From: Escherichia coli
GTDB lineage: Bacteria; Pseudomonadota; Gammaproteobacteria; Enterobacterales; Enterobacteriaceae
NCBI RefSeq assembly: GCF_051903065.1
Contig: NZ_CP178438.1
Reading direction: 5' to 3' (one strand)
Length of the DNA stretch: 64,000 nucleotides
Shown here piece after piece: positions 63,926 through 64,000 of this stretch; position 1 is the first letter of the stretch, and each line of letters starts with the position of its first letter. Both the position numbers and the translations under genes were made by a program. The notes below the pieces were generated by a model. It was given only the letters and a program-made list of their open reading frames with translations. It ran no database searches and had not been told where the DNA came from.

Positions 63926-64000
63926 AGCACTACTGAACGCGGGACGTCAGACGTTAATGCTGGAATTGCAGGAAGCAAGCCGTTTACCGGAACGTCTGGG
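63918..64000 (+). CDS. gutQ: D-arabinose 5-phosphate isomerase GutQ, 5' part only (runs off window)
   Basis: [28 protein letters not shown]-terminus overlapping the srlR stop. Confidence 0.85.
   Translation, partial: MSEALLNAGRQTLMLELQEASRLPERL

Overview
This window reads as an Escherichia coli chromosomal segment: the right arm of a P2/186-family prophage integrated at ssrA, followed by the conserved gab / nrdHIEF / proU / emrRAB / luxS / gshA / csrA-alaS-recX-recA / srl region. All calls are from reading the translations and DNA motifs and from recall of known families; no searches were run. The prophage (1..~13979) carries terminase and portal genes, a cos-like site, a LexA-boxed tum/DinI-like module, replicase A, a Dam-like methylase, CII/Apl/CI-like switch genes and a P2-type integrase, and ends in a 45-bp duplicate of the ssrA 3' end. 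Two AT-rich cargo loci inside it are the main candidates for new biology: an unrecognised two-gene cassette (soluble 343-aa protein plus 4-TM 230-aa protein, 2510..4230) and a kinase-cytidine-deaminase fusion gene between int and attR (11955..13712) resembling antiphage dCTP deaminases. Right of the prophage, abutting IS903 and IS1 copies truncate an autotransporter gene and a GH13-like gene. A third accessory locus, an RNA-ligase-like gene plus an HD/P-loop gene, sits between emrB and luxS (46417..48233).
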